From the NCBI RefSeq assembly GCF_021028975.2, contig NC_059439.1, positions 23,436,001 to 23,500,000 of the forward strand: DNA of 64,000 nucleotides, read 5' to 3'. Source of the stretch: Sphaerodactylus townsendi (lineage: Eukaryota). This document shows positions 36,660 to 49,582 of this stretch, piece after piece (positions within the stretch are counted from its first letter, which is position 1; each line of letters opens with the position of its first letter). Below the pieces are notes generated by a model. The model did no database searches and had not been told where the DNA came from. It saw only the letters and a program-made list of their open reading frames with translations. The position numbers and the translations under genes were made by a program.

Positions 36660-37613
36660 ATGGAAAAGAATGTGTGGGAAAACCAAACGATGGTTACAGA
36701 ATTCATCCTTCTGGGATTCGGAGACAACCCAGATCTTCAGATATTTCTCTTTTTGATAGTCCTTATTATCTACACGGTGACCATGGTTGGGAACATCCTC
36801 ATCGTTGTTCTTGTTGTGACTGACCAACACCTGCACACACCAATGTACTATTTCCTGGGAAATCTTTCCTGTTTGGAGACCTTCTATAGTTCTACCATTC
36901 TCCCCAGGATGTTGGCCAGTTTTGTGACTGGAAACAGATCCATTTCTTTCATTGGCTGTTTTCTACAGATGTATTTCTTTGGTTCTCTTGCTGCAACAGA
37001 ATGTTTCCTCTTGTCCGCCATGTCATATGACAGATACCTGGCCATCTGCAAACCTTTGCATTACACAACCCTGATGAACCATAGAGATTGCCTACATTTA
37101 GTTGTTGGGTCTTGGATAAGTGGCTTTCTAGGAAACAGCATATTGTTTCCTCTGCTGCAGTTAACATTCTGCGGAAGAAATGACATCGATCATTTCTTTT
37201 GTGACTTCAACCCCTTACTAAAATTAGCCTGCAGTGACATTCATAAAATAGTCATTTTGGCTTTTATCATTGCTTGCATATTCACATTGCCTCCTTTTCT
37301 CTTGACTGTGACATCCTATGTTTGCATCATTGCCACCATCCTGAGAATCCCCTCTTCTGTAGGAAGGCAGAAGGCTTTCTCGACCTGCTCCTCCCACCTC
37401 ATAGTGGTCACCATTTTCTATGGCACACTGATGATTGTCTATATGCTGCCTAACACCCAAGCACTGGGAGACCTGAACAAAGTCTTCTCGGCCTTTTACA
37501 CGGTCTTGACCCCTATGGCAAATCCCCTTATATACAGCTTGAGAAACAAAGAGGTCAAACAGGCCTTGAAGAAAGTTCAAGAAAAAATAATGCCAGCTAG
37601 ATTCCTAAGCTAA
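36660..37613 (+). CDS. Olfactory receptor, intact, 317 aa
   Basis: ENQT, LHTPMY, MSYDRYLAICKPLHY, KAFSTCSSHL, NPLIYSLRNKEV. Confidence 0.97.
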   Translation: MEKNVWENQTMVTEFILLGFGDNPDLQIFLFLIVLIIYTVTMVGNILIVVLVVTDQHLHTPMYYFLGNLSCLETFYSSTILPRMLASFVTGNRSISFIGCFLQMYFFGSLAATECFLLSAMSYDRYLAICKPLHYTTLMNHRDCLHLVVGSWISGFLGNSILFPLLQLTFCGRNDIDHFFCDFNPLLKLACSDIHKIVILAFIIACIFTLPPFLLTVTSYVCIIATILRIPSSVGRQKAFSTCSSHLIVVTIFYGTLMIVYMLPNTQALGDLNKVFSAFYTVLTPMANPLIYSLRNKEVKQALKKVQEKIMPARFLS

Positions 37614-37866
37614 AATCAAGGGTGGAATGTGTTCCTGTCCTCTCGGTACATTCAATCTGCTATAACATAAAGAGTAGCCTGTGTTGTAATAGTTCATAAA
37701 ACATCAGTACTTGATAAGCTGAAAGGATTGGTTTCTGCTGCTAGCTTGATAGATATTCTCAGCTTGTGCTCCATTAAGGAGGGTTTTTTTTAGATCTGTT
37801 TTCTTAACAGCACTACGTTAAGGACTACGTTAAGGACATTTAGATATGTTTACTTAACAGCACTAT

Positions 37867-38174
37867 GCAGCAGTGGCGTAGTGGCTAAGAGCAGTGGCTA
37901 AGAGCAGGTGCACTCTGATCTGGAGGAACCGGGTTTGATCCCCAGCTCTGCCGCTTGAGTTGTGGAGGCTTATCTGAGGAATTCAGATTAGCCTGTACAC
38001 TCCCACACATGCCAGCAGGGTGACCTTGGGCTAGTCACAGCTTCTTGGAGCTCTCTCAGCCCCACCCACCTCACAGGGTGTTTGTTGTGAGGGGGGAGGG
38101 CAAGGAGATTGTAAGCCCCTTTGAGTCTCCTACAGGAGAGAAAGGGGGGGGGGGATAAATCCAAACTCTTCTTC
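37867..38174 (+). mobile_element. tRNA-derived SINE with L2-like tail
   Basis: A box TGGCGTAGTGG, B box GGTTTGATCCC, GGGTGACCTTGGGCTAGTCAC core, (TCT)n tail; several copies in window. Confidence 0.88.
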
Positions 38175-38263
38175 GTCTTAATTTGTTTTCATTTTCACCT
38201 GACTGTTTGATATACGATGAACACTTGCTTTTTTTCCTTTTGAGTGATTAATATCAGCACTTA

Positions 38264-38413
38264 GGCCCCTTCCACACATGCAGGATAATGCACTTTCACT
38301 CCACTTTTACAATTGTTTGCAAGAGGATTTTGATATTCCACACAGTAAAATGCAGATGCAAAGTGCACTGAAAGTGGATTAAAGGACATTATTCTGCTTG
38401 TGCAGAAGAGGTT
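38264..38413. mobile_element. Palindromic Harbinger-type MITE
   Basis: Same family as 33124-33274. Confidence 0.7.
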
Positions 38414-39677
38414 TTAATTAGTTGCCCAGCTCTTTATCTTTTTTTTAGCTTTCTTCTATTTCTCCTTCTGTACATATCAGCTATATAGACGTGGGACGTT
38501 CTTAGCATTTTTCTTTTATATACTTTTTTAAATGTTTCTCTTGCTTCTATGTAGGCAGTACAATATATAGGTTTATCTAGTTCCTTGAAATATTATTTTG
38601 GGTCCAGGTCCTAGAGACATTCAACCTGTTGTAACATAAAGAGTAGCTCATGCTTGTACTAACTTGTAAAACATTGGTTAGTAGAAAGGGAAAAAAATGA
38701 TCTAGAGATTAAAATTGAAATTAGTTCATTTCTGTTTTACAGGTATAATGAAACTCTGGCATCTGTCAGTTCCTCTATAGAGCATTTCAGGAATTTACCC
38801 ATGTGGGCAGCTTATAGTACCTCCCTGGTTGCAGTTAGCAGCTTCTGAGAAATAATTTATGAACAATGTGTGAATGCTGGATTGTTCTGTTCATATTAAC
38901 CATTGCTTAGAATTAGGTAACAACAAAAGAAAAAGTTAGAATTGGGTAATTTGTCCTTAAAAAAACTGATTTAAGTAAGGTCCATGCATAGTGGTCTATT
39001 ATACTGTCACATTTCAATTTGTGGTTTTCCATTGATGACAGGAAAATCCAGGCAGTGAATAATTACACAATATCCAGTGGCATGGGCACCAACTCTTCTG
39101 ATTCTTTAACTTTGGGAATATGGGTGTCATAAAATTAATCCAAAGTAATTTCTAGTAGCTTCATTAGGGGATATGTTTTTACATGGGATGAAATTGTCAC
39201 AAGTCATATCCTTCACCCAAGTGATGTTCCCTCCCCCACACACACAACTGAATTTGCTTTTTCAATACAATAAAGACCTCTGAAAGATCTCAGATCCTGA
39301 TTCAGTGATTCTCTTTCATGTACAGAGAAAGACAGGATCTTCTCTTAAATCTTGTATAAGCGTATGCTTGTTTGTAAGTATGTCTTTGGTCTTTACTGTC
39401 ATTCCTACTGAACATATCAGAAGCCCTCCAGGCTACCAAATCCTGCTGCAAAAGGCCAGGTCAATCACAGGAAAAACAGGACTGACCTGGCCTGTATCAG
39501 ATTTGGGGAAGACACTGATCTGGATTGTTTCCGATCCTACCTGAAGGTCTGGTTTTAGAAGGTGGTTCTGGAGAACTGGAATCCAGGCCATTAGCCTTTA
39601 ACCTGTGAGGTCCCTCAAGGTTCCATATGCCTTTAATTCTTTAATATCTACATAAAACTGCTGGGTGAGTTCACCAG

Positions 39678-39920
39678 GATAAGATTTTTGTAAACAAAAC
39701 AAAACAGAAATATCTTATAATTTATTGCAGTAAACTATCATGCACCCAGCTTTTTAAAGGATTCTCATCAAATTCTCCTTCTTACTAGAGTCCACATAAA
39801 CTTTGTTCATGCATATCCCATCATCCCTAACAGAGCCTTTGTGGGTAGTCAGAAGGTTCCTTTCTTCTCATTTTTACAAGTAGAAGAGCTAGTTACAGAT
39901 TTCCATATGTACAGATTTTC
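39678..39920 (+). repeat. Local duplicate of 40257-40379 + 41164-41278 (empty-site copy)
   Basis: Near-identical sequence lacking the 40380-41163 element. Confidence 0.92.
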
Positions 39921-40100
39921 TCATTCAGTGGGGAGCCCATTCCAATACATAAGTGGGTCACACAAGCAGTATCACCACCAGTTGTAGGTGGATCCAACCA
40001 GCTTTTCTGCAGGTTAAAATGGAAAGAGTATGTCTCCTCTTAACTGTCCAAAAGGCTATGCTGGAGATCATGTGACCCATGTTGGAAAAAAAATGGAATT
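39920..40100 (+). repeat. Duplicate of 49948-50130
   Basis: CTCATTCAGTGGGGAGCCCATTCC...GGAAAAAAAA(TACA)TGGAAT present at both sites. Confidence 0.92.
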
Positions 40101-40379
40101 TTACAGGTTTCCTGGCTAATCCCAGGAAAGCTGTAAAAACTCTGAGCTGGTGCCTAAATGCAGTTTTGGTGCAGATGTGGGCCAATTAGAATGTTGTATT
40201 TTGTATGTTTGAGTTTGTTAGCCACCTTGGTGGTTCTTGTGAGGGCAGGAAGGCAAGATAAGATTTTTGTAAACAAAACAAAACAGAAATATAATTTATT
40301 GCAGTAAACTATCATGCACCCAGCTTTTTAAAGGATTCTCATCAAATTCTCCTTCTTACTAGAGTCCACATAAACATTG

Positions 40380-41163
40380 TTGCATGCAGATGGTGAGACC
40401 CTTCTCCGGCAAATGAAAACACTACAACGACAGGCTTGGAAAATGGATTGGGCCGCAGCCCAATTTATTAATATATAATAACAAACTATATACAGAGAAG
40501 CTGGGCAGCTAACGGGTCGCAACAGCAAGCGATCCCCAATCTCTATTGGGGCCACCTGCTGGAAGCGGGAGCCCCAGGGGCGAACCCCCGGCTTCAACCC
40601 TTCCTGCTCCTGCTGAGGAGACGGGCACCGGCTAAGCCTACCGGCCGCCTACTGACCCGCCATCCTCCCCAAGCTTGCTGGGGTGTCGGGCACCGGCTAA
40701 GCCTACCGGCCGCCTCCAGTCCCATCCCGTCCCAACCCAACCCCACTCCCTGGGGTGTCGGGCACCGGCCAAGCCTACCGGCTTGCCAACCGGTCCGCCA
40801 CACCCCCCGGCCCTTCCACAGGGCACAAGCATGGGAGAACTGGCCGGATGGCTCTGTTTCTCCCCAGATGTTGTGACTCCCGTTGCCATCCCACCAGGCT
40901 GCGACAAAGCTAGCGAAATAACAACCTTGTAACGTAGGGAGGGAGGGTGGGCCACGCCTTTCCGAGTCTCGCCACCAAAAAGGACGATCCTTGGGTGTGG
41001 CGCCCTTTTATACCTAGGCTCCTCCCGCCTTTTCAAGCTCGGAGCCAATCAATGCAACCCTCCTGTAGCATGCTGGCCAGCAATACTTTGCAAGCAACCC
41101 CTTTTTGCCTCCTTTACTCACCACAGCCGCAATGGCTAGCCCCGGTGATTCGGTTGCTGCTAT
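40380..41163 (-). mobile_element. TSD-less promoter/polyA element (Ngaro/DIRS-like repeat), subfamily A
   Basis: Boundaries defined by the empty paralogue; minus strand ATTGG, GGCGGG, TATAAAA, AATAAATTGGGCTGCGGCC, ends CATCTGCATGCAA; homologous to 56080-56847. Confidence 0.75.
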
Positions 41164-42377
41164 TTCATGCAGATCCCTTCATCCCTAGCAGAGCCTTTGT
41201 GGGTAGTCAGAACGTTCCTTTCTTCTCGTTTTTACAAGTAGAAGAGCTAGTTACAGATTTCCATATGTACAGATTTTCATGCATAGTGTTGGGTGTACAC
41301 ACGCTGGTTGCATGAAATGATTTTCCATGACAAGCACATGGTGAATGCTGACAGCTGTGACAAAGTCAGTTTATAGGGTGCACAAAAGAAAGGGGGAGAT
41401 TGAATCGATCCAGTTGTCCCCCGCCCTAAACCTTTGATAGGTGCTACTACTGGCCGGAACACTGCATGCTCACCCAGAGACTTAGAAAGGATTCACTTAA
41501 GTCCATGTAGCATAGGTTTGCACATAGCTCCACATACTAATGCAATATGGGTAGCTGAAATTCGTGTATATCCTTTTGGATGTATCTCCAATTCACATCA
41601 TGATCAACAAGTGCCCACAGTTCCTCAGAAAGGAGTGGTGAGCAGCCCAATCCAGGAGGGTGGAGGCGAAGGGAACCTGGGGAATTGGTTCAGGCTTGCA
41701 TTGGTGCCCACCTCACTGGCACAAGTGGCATAATTACTGGTAGAGGGGCTTAAAAAATGAGGTGTTGGCAAGTGGAGTACACCACCACAGCTTTAGGAGT
41801 GCCACCTGAATACCTGGAAAGAGGGCTGAGGCCTCGGAGTATGCGCTGTGCAGAGCCCTAAATTTTGGCTATCGGCACATCTGTGAGGAAATTATAAGAG
41901 CTAGGGGAGGTACATTGTACCCTGGGAGTGAAAGGGTGGCATAAGTCCATTTGGGTTGTGCCTTGCTCCCTCCCCAAACTTTCTGGAAGCATAGATTGGG
42001 CTGTTTGTCTCCTTAATCTTCGCATCTGCAGCCACCTGATTCACATGGCTATTATATTTAGTTGGGTCCTGAAACCCTGAGAATAAACCTTCTCAGCATC
42101 TGAAAAGAATTCTGTGGGGAATGTGGTAAATAATGCTCCTTTTTACTAACTCTGTAATTTACAATGCCAGTAAAGGCTTTGGAATTGGAATGTGGTAAAT
42201 ATCCTTCATAACCTCCCCAAATATATTTACTACATACTGTCTCTGACATGCCTTTTGTCCATGGGAGCTCCACCATGGCCAGCATAACCTTTGTGGGTGG
42301 TCAAAGAAATATCTCCATTATTTGCCAGTTAGTAGGATACCACCTAGTGTGTTTAATGTCTCCAGGTCTAAAGAGTT

Positions 42378-42552
42378 NNNNNNNNNNNNNNNNNNNNNNN
42401 NNNNNNNNNNNNNNNNNNNNNNNNNNNNNNNNNNNNNNNNNNNNNNNNNNNNNNNNNNNNNNNNNNNNNNNNNNNNNNNNNNNNNNNNNNNNNNNNNNNN
42501 NNNNNNNNNNNNNNNNNNNNNNNNNNNNNNNNNNNNNNNNNNNNNNNNNNNN
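42378..42552. other. Assembly gap
   Basis: N run. Confidence 1.
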
Positions 42553-43083
42553 AACTTCAATAACAACAACCTTAATTAGCATATATATAGTACTATGACT
42601 TCAGTCATGAAACTTTGTGACTGGAATGTGCATGAAAGAAATGTAACTGTAGACATAATGGTGAGAAGTTCCTTAGAAGTCTCTAGGAGTTTTTCTTCAC
42701 TTAGGGACAGTCTGCAGTTCTCTCTAAAATAGAGGATTCCTGAGAAATTCATCTGCCCATTGTTCTTTAAACTAGGCATATATGAACTGGGAGATGAAAA
42801 TGGAAGAATTATAATTCCCATTTTTCTATCAAGAAATATGCCATGTAAGAGAGAAATCAAAAAAAGCATTATAAGTTGAAGCAGTGTTTTAGATTCTACT
42901 TTTCCACTTCAATAGCAGAAGAAATCATCTGGTTTGTGCTACTTGAATACTTGTTGAATATAGCAGTTTTACCTGTTTTCTTGAGAGATTTCCTAGGAAT
43001 CGTGGAACCTGTGGTGAATTGTTTCATTTTTGTGGTAAGTAAAACTTTTCAATATAACACAAGAACGATCATCCCAAGAATAA

Positions 43084-43368
43084 ATCCATCCCTGCATCCA
43101 CATCCCTGCTCTCATGCATCCCTGCATCCCTCCGTCCATCCCTGCGTCCATCCCTGCATCCCTGCATGCATCCATCGTCCTGCCCGTCCTAAAGTCCCTG
43201 CATCCCATCCATCCATCCTCCCATCCATCCATCCTCCCATCCATCCATCCGTCCATCCGTCCGTCCGTCCATCCATCCGTCCATCCCAGAGCATCCGTCA
43301 TCCGTCCATCCCGTCCGTCAATCCCATCCGTCCGTCCGTCCGTCCAAATACATCCATCCATCCCGTCA
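43084..43368. repeat. Degenerate (CATC)n/(CGTC)n microsatellite
   Basis: Direct reading. Confidence 0.9.
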
Positions 43369-45731
43369 GGGACAAAGAGACAGAGGGAATGGCATGCGGA
43401 CGTATGTCACCATTAGAATACGCCATATCATACAAGATTTCCGTGTTATTTTTTTCTGGTAAAGTTAAAATCTTATACTAGTTAAACTGTTTCCGTTAAC
43501 TAATAAAGGAATGATTTAAAATATCACTTTATAAACTTTAATGTGAGTTTCAAATGCTCAACTTTGGCTACATTAAGGGTCTAATGTAAACTAACAAGTC
43601 CTAATTGTTTTCTACCTGATAATATATAAGGATGTTTAGGATGTTGGCAAGTTAATTCCATTGATCCATTTGTAATCAAAGGGTGGATGAATGTTCTTAG
43701 ATCTATTAGCATTTTATAATTTCAAATTGTCAATTTGTTAAAGTTATACAAATCCCATAGATTTCAAAGGAAGGAACATTTCCCATTAAATAGCAATGAG
43801 ACTTTCCAGTGCCATCCCAAGCAGAGTTATAACTTTCTAAAAAAAGTTAACTTCAGTGGAGTTTGAAGAATATCCCTGTGCTTAGGAAGACAATATAAAA
43901 ATGTTTAGCTTTGGATGATTATGTCCAAAGGAAGCATCATTTTAATTAGGGTATCAAATTCCGATTTTACACCCTGTTATTTTTTTTTAAAAAAATTAAA
44001 ATCAGCATTTCACATGCAATTACTATATTGCAAATTAGCTATAATCCGTATAATACTTAAATGGTTTTTTTTTTTTTACAGTCCTTCAGTTGCTATAACT
44101 GTTTGCCTGGCAGGACAGTTAGAGGTACTTTAAGACATTTTCTCTTTAAATAAAAATAACTCTTTTAAAGCAAGCAGTTGATACTCTGAAAAAGATAGCT
44201 TTTGGCGCTGCTGGCTTTTATTGCCTAGCTGATTTCTTTGGGATGCAAACCTTAATTGCACAGATGGTGCAGTTCTGGAGCAGAATTACAGCCTTCAAAG
44301 TTTACTGAACTCAATGAGTTTAGGGAGTGTAATTCTTCGGAACTGCATGATATATACTTGGGGTCTGTAAACTGGAGGTAGCCATAAATATTTCTCTCGG
44401 GTCATAAAGAATTTTTTCAATCACCACTTGGAAATATGATGTAGGTCACCTGTGTGGGAAAAAAAAAAATGTTCAGTGATAGGGTGCCACCCCTAAAATA
44501 ATCCTGTTCAGGATTTTTATAGGATCTCAGGGACTTGAACAGAGTTGATTTCTTCAACTCCAATATTATTCCCCCTTTGAGTTTTCAATATTCAACATAT
44601 TTTGGAGCTTACTCAGTGTATGACAACCCTTTTTTTGTGGGGCGCCCTTTATTTGGGAAATTCTTTGAATATGGGAAGAGTCCTAACTAGACTGCAAATG
44701 GCCTTCTTCCCCCAACCCCCCACATTCATAATCATCATGGGAGATTAGGATAGCAACTTTACTGTGAGATGTTTGATGACGAATTAGGGTTTTGCATGGA
44801 GTCACAGATAGGGACAGAGATTTTGAAAAAATCCCATCAAAATCTTCCCCTCCTGGTGTGATTTTCCAGTCCTTGAAAGACTGATAACCACTTCCTTTAA
44901 CTGACTCTTATACACCAGCTAATGATCCAACTGATGTTGGTCCAGCAATAACTACGAGCTCTGGTGAATAAAGGAAGGGATTGGGCAGCAAACCTCAGAA
45001 TAGCAGTGCCAAAAGACATCATCAGGAGAAGTCCTTTGCTTCTATGCACACGTAGTTGTCCTGCAGGGCAACACATTTTAGTTTCTGTTTGAAACACAGT
45101 TAACTGAGACTAGAGGGGCTCACTGGTGTGCCAACAGAGATCCTCTTTTCAATTGTTAACATTCCATCCCATGTGAAGCTGCTTTTTACTATTCACCTAT
45201 TTATTTAATGTGGTTAATTTACCAAATCCCACATTTTTCAGTTTAGCTTGTAGAGTTCTCTCCTTTGGCTGTCACTGACCAATTATTGCAGATTCAAGTA
45301 TTATCCACACTTAGAGACAGAGAGTCTTCCCTAAGAGTATATGAAATATATATAGAAATATTGAAGTTATGCAGATTAACTAGATCTCAACACTTTTAAG
45401 TGTGTGTTTTTTTATGATTCCACAGTCTCAAAATACTAAGTGTAACTTCTGCAGGTTTATATACAGTGAGTTCTTCATAATGGGTGAATTGGATGGCAGG
45501 GGATGGTCTGGGTTAGAAAGCATCAGTGAAAAGGAATTTTTGTGGTATGTATGAAGGCTTTTCCAGAACCAGCCTTTGTGTGATTTGTATCATATGAGTA
45601 CACAAGTAACACCAATGAGTGTTATATAGGGAGTCATTTATATAGGAGTCAAATGTTCTGAGGCACTAGCAGTACTGTGAGCATAAACCCCTTAAAAGTT
45701 CATTTTATACATATTAGATTTGTATATAGTA

Positions 45732-46113
45732 TGCCAATGTGGTGTAGTGGTTAAGAGCAGGTGGATTCTAATCTGGAGAACAGGGCTTGATTCCCCACTC
45801 CTCCACCCGAGTGGTGGACTTTTATTTGGTGAACTGAATTTATTCCCCTGCTTCTACACCCGAAACCTACTGGGTGACCTTGGGCTAGTCACAGTTCTCT
45901 CAGAACTCTCTCAGCTCCCCCCACCTCAGAAGGGTCCGTTCTTCCCAGCACAAATAAGACATCCAGAGGACACTAAAAAGACATATTGGGGAGGATATCT
46001 GCAGTGTTTCCCCCAAGACATCCAAGATGTCTGTTGCGGGGAGAGGAACGGAAAGAAGTTTGTAAGCCACTTTGAGTATTTTTACAGAACAGAAAGGGGG
46101 ATATAAATCCAAA
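45732..46113 (+). mobile_element. tRNA-derived SINE with an internal insertion
   Basis: TGGTGTAGTGGTTAAGAGC head, GGGTGACCTTGGGCTAGTCAC core, GATATAAATCCAAAC tail. Confidence 0.75.
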
Positions 46114-46670
46114 CTGTTTGTCTAGGTGCTGCCATATGTGATATTTTTACTTTCAAAAGGGAGTCAAGAAATATTTGCTCATACGTAAGGGCAGTATGGA
46201 AGATATTCATCCCAAATAGTTTAAACACAAGAATTTTTCACCCATGAGAAAGGCATGTTCATGCTTTTGATGCAAGTCTAGCCCATTTTCTCAGTGAGTT
46301 GGATCCTACCAGCATTGCTATGGGTCCATAAAGGGAAAGAGGTGATATCTCTTAAATCCCCTAATCACTGCAGCATCCATCCCACATGACTCTTTATCCA
46401 TCCAGATCTTCCATTTCCCAGCATGGTCAAACATTCACTGTAGATACTGAGTAGATTTACTTAATGCTGAGAATAAAGCACAGACAGTTTAAGAACTCCT
46501 AAATTCTTAAATTAACAGTTCATTTAATTTAATTTTTCAGGACTGTTTTCATAGCAAGAACACTGGACTTCCGAGAATTAAAAGGAAACTGCTAAATTGA
46601 TTGTCATCATTTCATCATTCAGCGAAGTGTCAACAAAGACTGCCCTTTGATTGTATTTTTTTTCTTCCAG

Positions 46671-47685
46671 ATGAAGAAAATAATTTTACCAAGGTCAACT
46701 AATTTTACTGAAGTGACTGAATTTGTCCTTTTGGGTTTAAGCAATCATCCTGACCTGCAAGTGCTATTGTTCATTGTATTTCTCTTGGTTTACATAGTCA
46801 TAATGGTGGGCAATATGCTAATTTTCATTCTGATCCTGGGAGATCCATATCTTTACACACCAATGTATTTCTTTCTCAAGGTCCTCTCGTTCTTGGATGT
46901 CTGCTATTCTCCAGTTACCACCCTCCCAAAATGCTACGGTGAATTTCACCAGCCGGGAGGACAACAGAATTTCCTATACTGGCTGCGCTGCCCAAATGTT
47001 CTTCTTGCTTTTCCTAGCATCTTCTGAATGCTTCCTCTTGGCAGCTATGGCCTATGACCGTTACGTGGCCATATACTGCTCTGAAACCCACTGATGTACA
47101 TGAATGGGATTTATGGAAGTGAGAAAGTCTGCGCTTATTGACAGTCCTCTCATGGTTCTTTGGCAATTTGGTGTCTGCTTTTAGACAGTGTGGGTTTTTA
47201 ACTTGCCCTTTTGTCGGATCAAAGATCAAATCCAATTACTTTTTTTCTGTGATATTCCACCCCTCATTAAAGCTTTCTTGCATTGACACTTCTTCATATG
47301 AGGATGCAGCTTTTTACAGCAACAATCCCTAGTTAGTTTTGACCCCTTTTAAATCATCCTTGGCTGTCCTACATACTGATTGGCTTCCATTTCCAGCGTT
47401 CTAAAAGATGGCAACAGTGGAAAGCCGTAAAGAAGAAGCCTTCTCCTACCCTGCTCTTCACACCTCTTGGTGGTGATTTTGTACTATGGGAGTGGCAGCC
47501 TGATCTATCTAAAGCCCAAATCCACTTATTCACAGGACAGTAACAAAATGTTGGCTTTGACGTACACTACCATAACACCCATGTTGAACCCAATTATCTA
47601 CAGTCTGAAGAACAAAGAGATCAATAAGGCAATGAAGAGGATGGTGAACAAAACAATTCAAAAAACACTTTTCCATAGGACTTAA
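46671..47685 (+). pseudogene. Olfactory receptor (OR10-like), multiply frameshifted; pseudogene or assembly error
   Basis: [45 protein letters not shown] in different frames. Confidence 0.85.
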
Positions 47686-47812
47686 CTTATTTATCATGGC
47701 TGTTTGGTGGTGTATAATGCTAAATTGGCTATATTATATTTTAAAATGCTATGCAATCCCCAGAGTCCAAACAAACACAAGAATCCAGTTTGTTTAAAAG
47801 ACAGGGGCATGC

Positions 47813-47948
47813 ACAGTGGTGGGATTCAGCAGGTTCGCACCCCTTCTGCAGAACCCGTTCTTAAAATGGTGCTCATGAACAACCAGTTGCTAAATTATTT
47901 GAATCCCGCCACCGGCACCGGTTGTTAAATTATTTGAATCCCACCATG
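47813..47948. mobile_element. Short hAT MITE with duplicated right end
   Basis: CAGTGGTGGGATTCA / TGAATCCCACCATG; related copy ~58738-58835. Confidence 0.6.
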
Positions 47949-48289
47949 GGGGCAGGCACCCTACCACTCTACACAGTAAAGGTTGAAGTCTTACAAGAGG
48001 TTGCTTATGGGGCCTTTATCTTTAGAATGGAAGAAGCCACCAAAGTTAGAGGATGGTTTCTTAAGGAGACTTTATTTTTAATGTGTAGAGTGATAAGATG
48101 CATGAAAACTTGTTGAAATTGGATATAATCCCATTCTTCTTTCTAAAGTAGAAGTCCAGTTCTTACCCTCTAGAGACGGCAGCTACTTTTTCCATCTATG
48201 CCTATCTTTTTAAAAAAGAGAAGTTCTCAGGAGATGGCAAACATGGTGGCAGATGGAAAGTTCTTTACAGCCTGTCTGTTGGCCAGCAA

Positions 48290-49010
48290 GCCAACTCCAG
48301 TAGAGAAATGAGGAATTGAGCTTTGAGGCTGTGGTCATGTGGCTAAGGCAGAACAATATGAAACTGAATCCAGCCAAGAAAGGCTGATTGGAATGGTTGA
48401 TACTCTAGAGGAACTAAATCCACTCGTCCTAGATAGACTTTGCTTTTTACGAGCAAGTTAAGAGCTTGGGAGCGCTCATGGACCCTGCCCTACTGTTTGA
48501 AAAGCAGGTTGGTATGGTGGCCAGGAGAACCTTCTATCAACTGCATCTGAATTGCCAACTTTCTTTTTACCTAGACTCAGCTGACCTGGCCATGTTGACT
48601 CATTATTCTCTGACCTCACAATTGGATTACTGCAACATCCTGTATATGTCTCTGACCTTGAAGACAAACCAGTCTATCACCAAGGGGCTAGCCACTGGGG
48701 ACATATGCTGCCCACCTTGAAACAGCTACAGTGGCTGCAAATCTGTTTCCAATTTCAACTCATGGTGTTTGTTTATGACTTTTAAAGTCCTTCATAACCT
48801 GGGAAGCCATATTTGAGGGACTGTGTGCCTACTATAGTCACCAAGCAGCCATCTGTTGACCATCCCACCAGTTACCCCGTCTAGCATCAACCTGAACCCA
48901 GTCCTTTACTATCATGGTTCTGAATCTGTGGAATCGACTTCTAAAGAGGTGACAAGGGGTCTCTCTTTGAAGATCTTCAGGAGGTGCTGCAAGGCCTGCC
49001 TCTTTGTTGA
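48290..49010 (+). mobile_element. L2 LINE ORF2 3' fragment, degraded
   Basis: LGALMDPALLFEKQV..VARRTFYQL..TSQLDYCNILY; LWNRL. Confidence 0.75.
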
Positions 49011-49582
49011 GGAGGGTTAAATGGCATACATCTTTTCAGGGGGGACAAGGGAGAGATTTGGGGTTGGCTTTATTATTTTTGTTATTTTTAACAGAACATG
49101 TTTTTTATCGTTACTGTACCACAAGGACCGGAGAGATGCATATTTTAATAAAAGAAACAGTCGAAAGCAGAGGACTTGTGAAAACTTACAGCAGGCATTT
49201 TCTTTTTTCCGGATTCCTTCTTTTCTTTCAAATCTATCAACCTTTTCCCCATTCTTCATCCTTCTGTACTTGTTTTTCCTACCTTCAGCCTATCCTTCTC
49301 CTCTCAGTAGAGCCAAGATGCCATAGAATGTGCCCTCCAAAGCTGCCATTTCTTCAGGGGGTATGGTAATTCAATTATCAATTGTAATTCCAGGAGAACT
49401 TCCCGCTTGACCTGGGAGTACTTTTTTTCTTACATTGAAGGTGCCAAATGGTTGGGAATCAGGGTTCTTGAATAATCATCTCATCCCATACTGTCTAACT
49501 CATGGCCAACCCAATCCTGCTATACCATTCATTTAATACATACAAATATAAACAGGGATTCTATCTTTTTTAAACTCTAGAA

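Larger units (their letters stand above)
39540..40290 (+). mobile_element. L2 LINE fragment interrupted by a templated insertion (39678-~40100)
   Basis: VPQGS..FNIYIKLLGE before and KAVKTLSWCLNAV..MWAN after the insert; L2-like 3' tail at ~40215-40290. Confidence 0.65.

Noticed and set aside
37867-37950. tRNA gene
   Set aside because: A/B boxes belong to a SINE head; no cloverleaf
42876-43481. 201-aa Pro/Ser/His-rich ORF and antisense Asp/Gly/Trp ORFs
   Set aside because: Translation of a (CATC)n microsatellite
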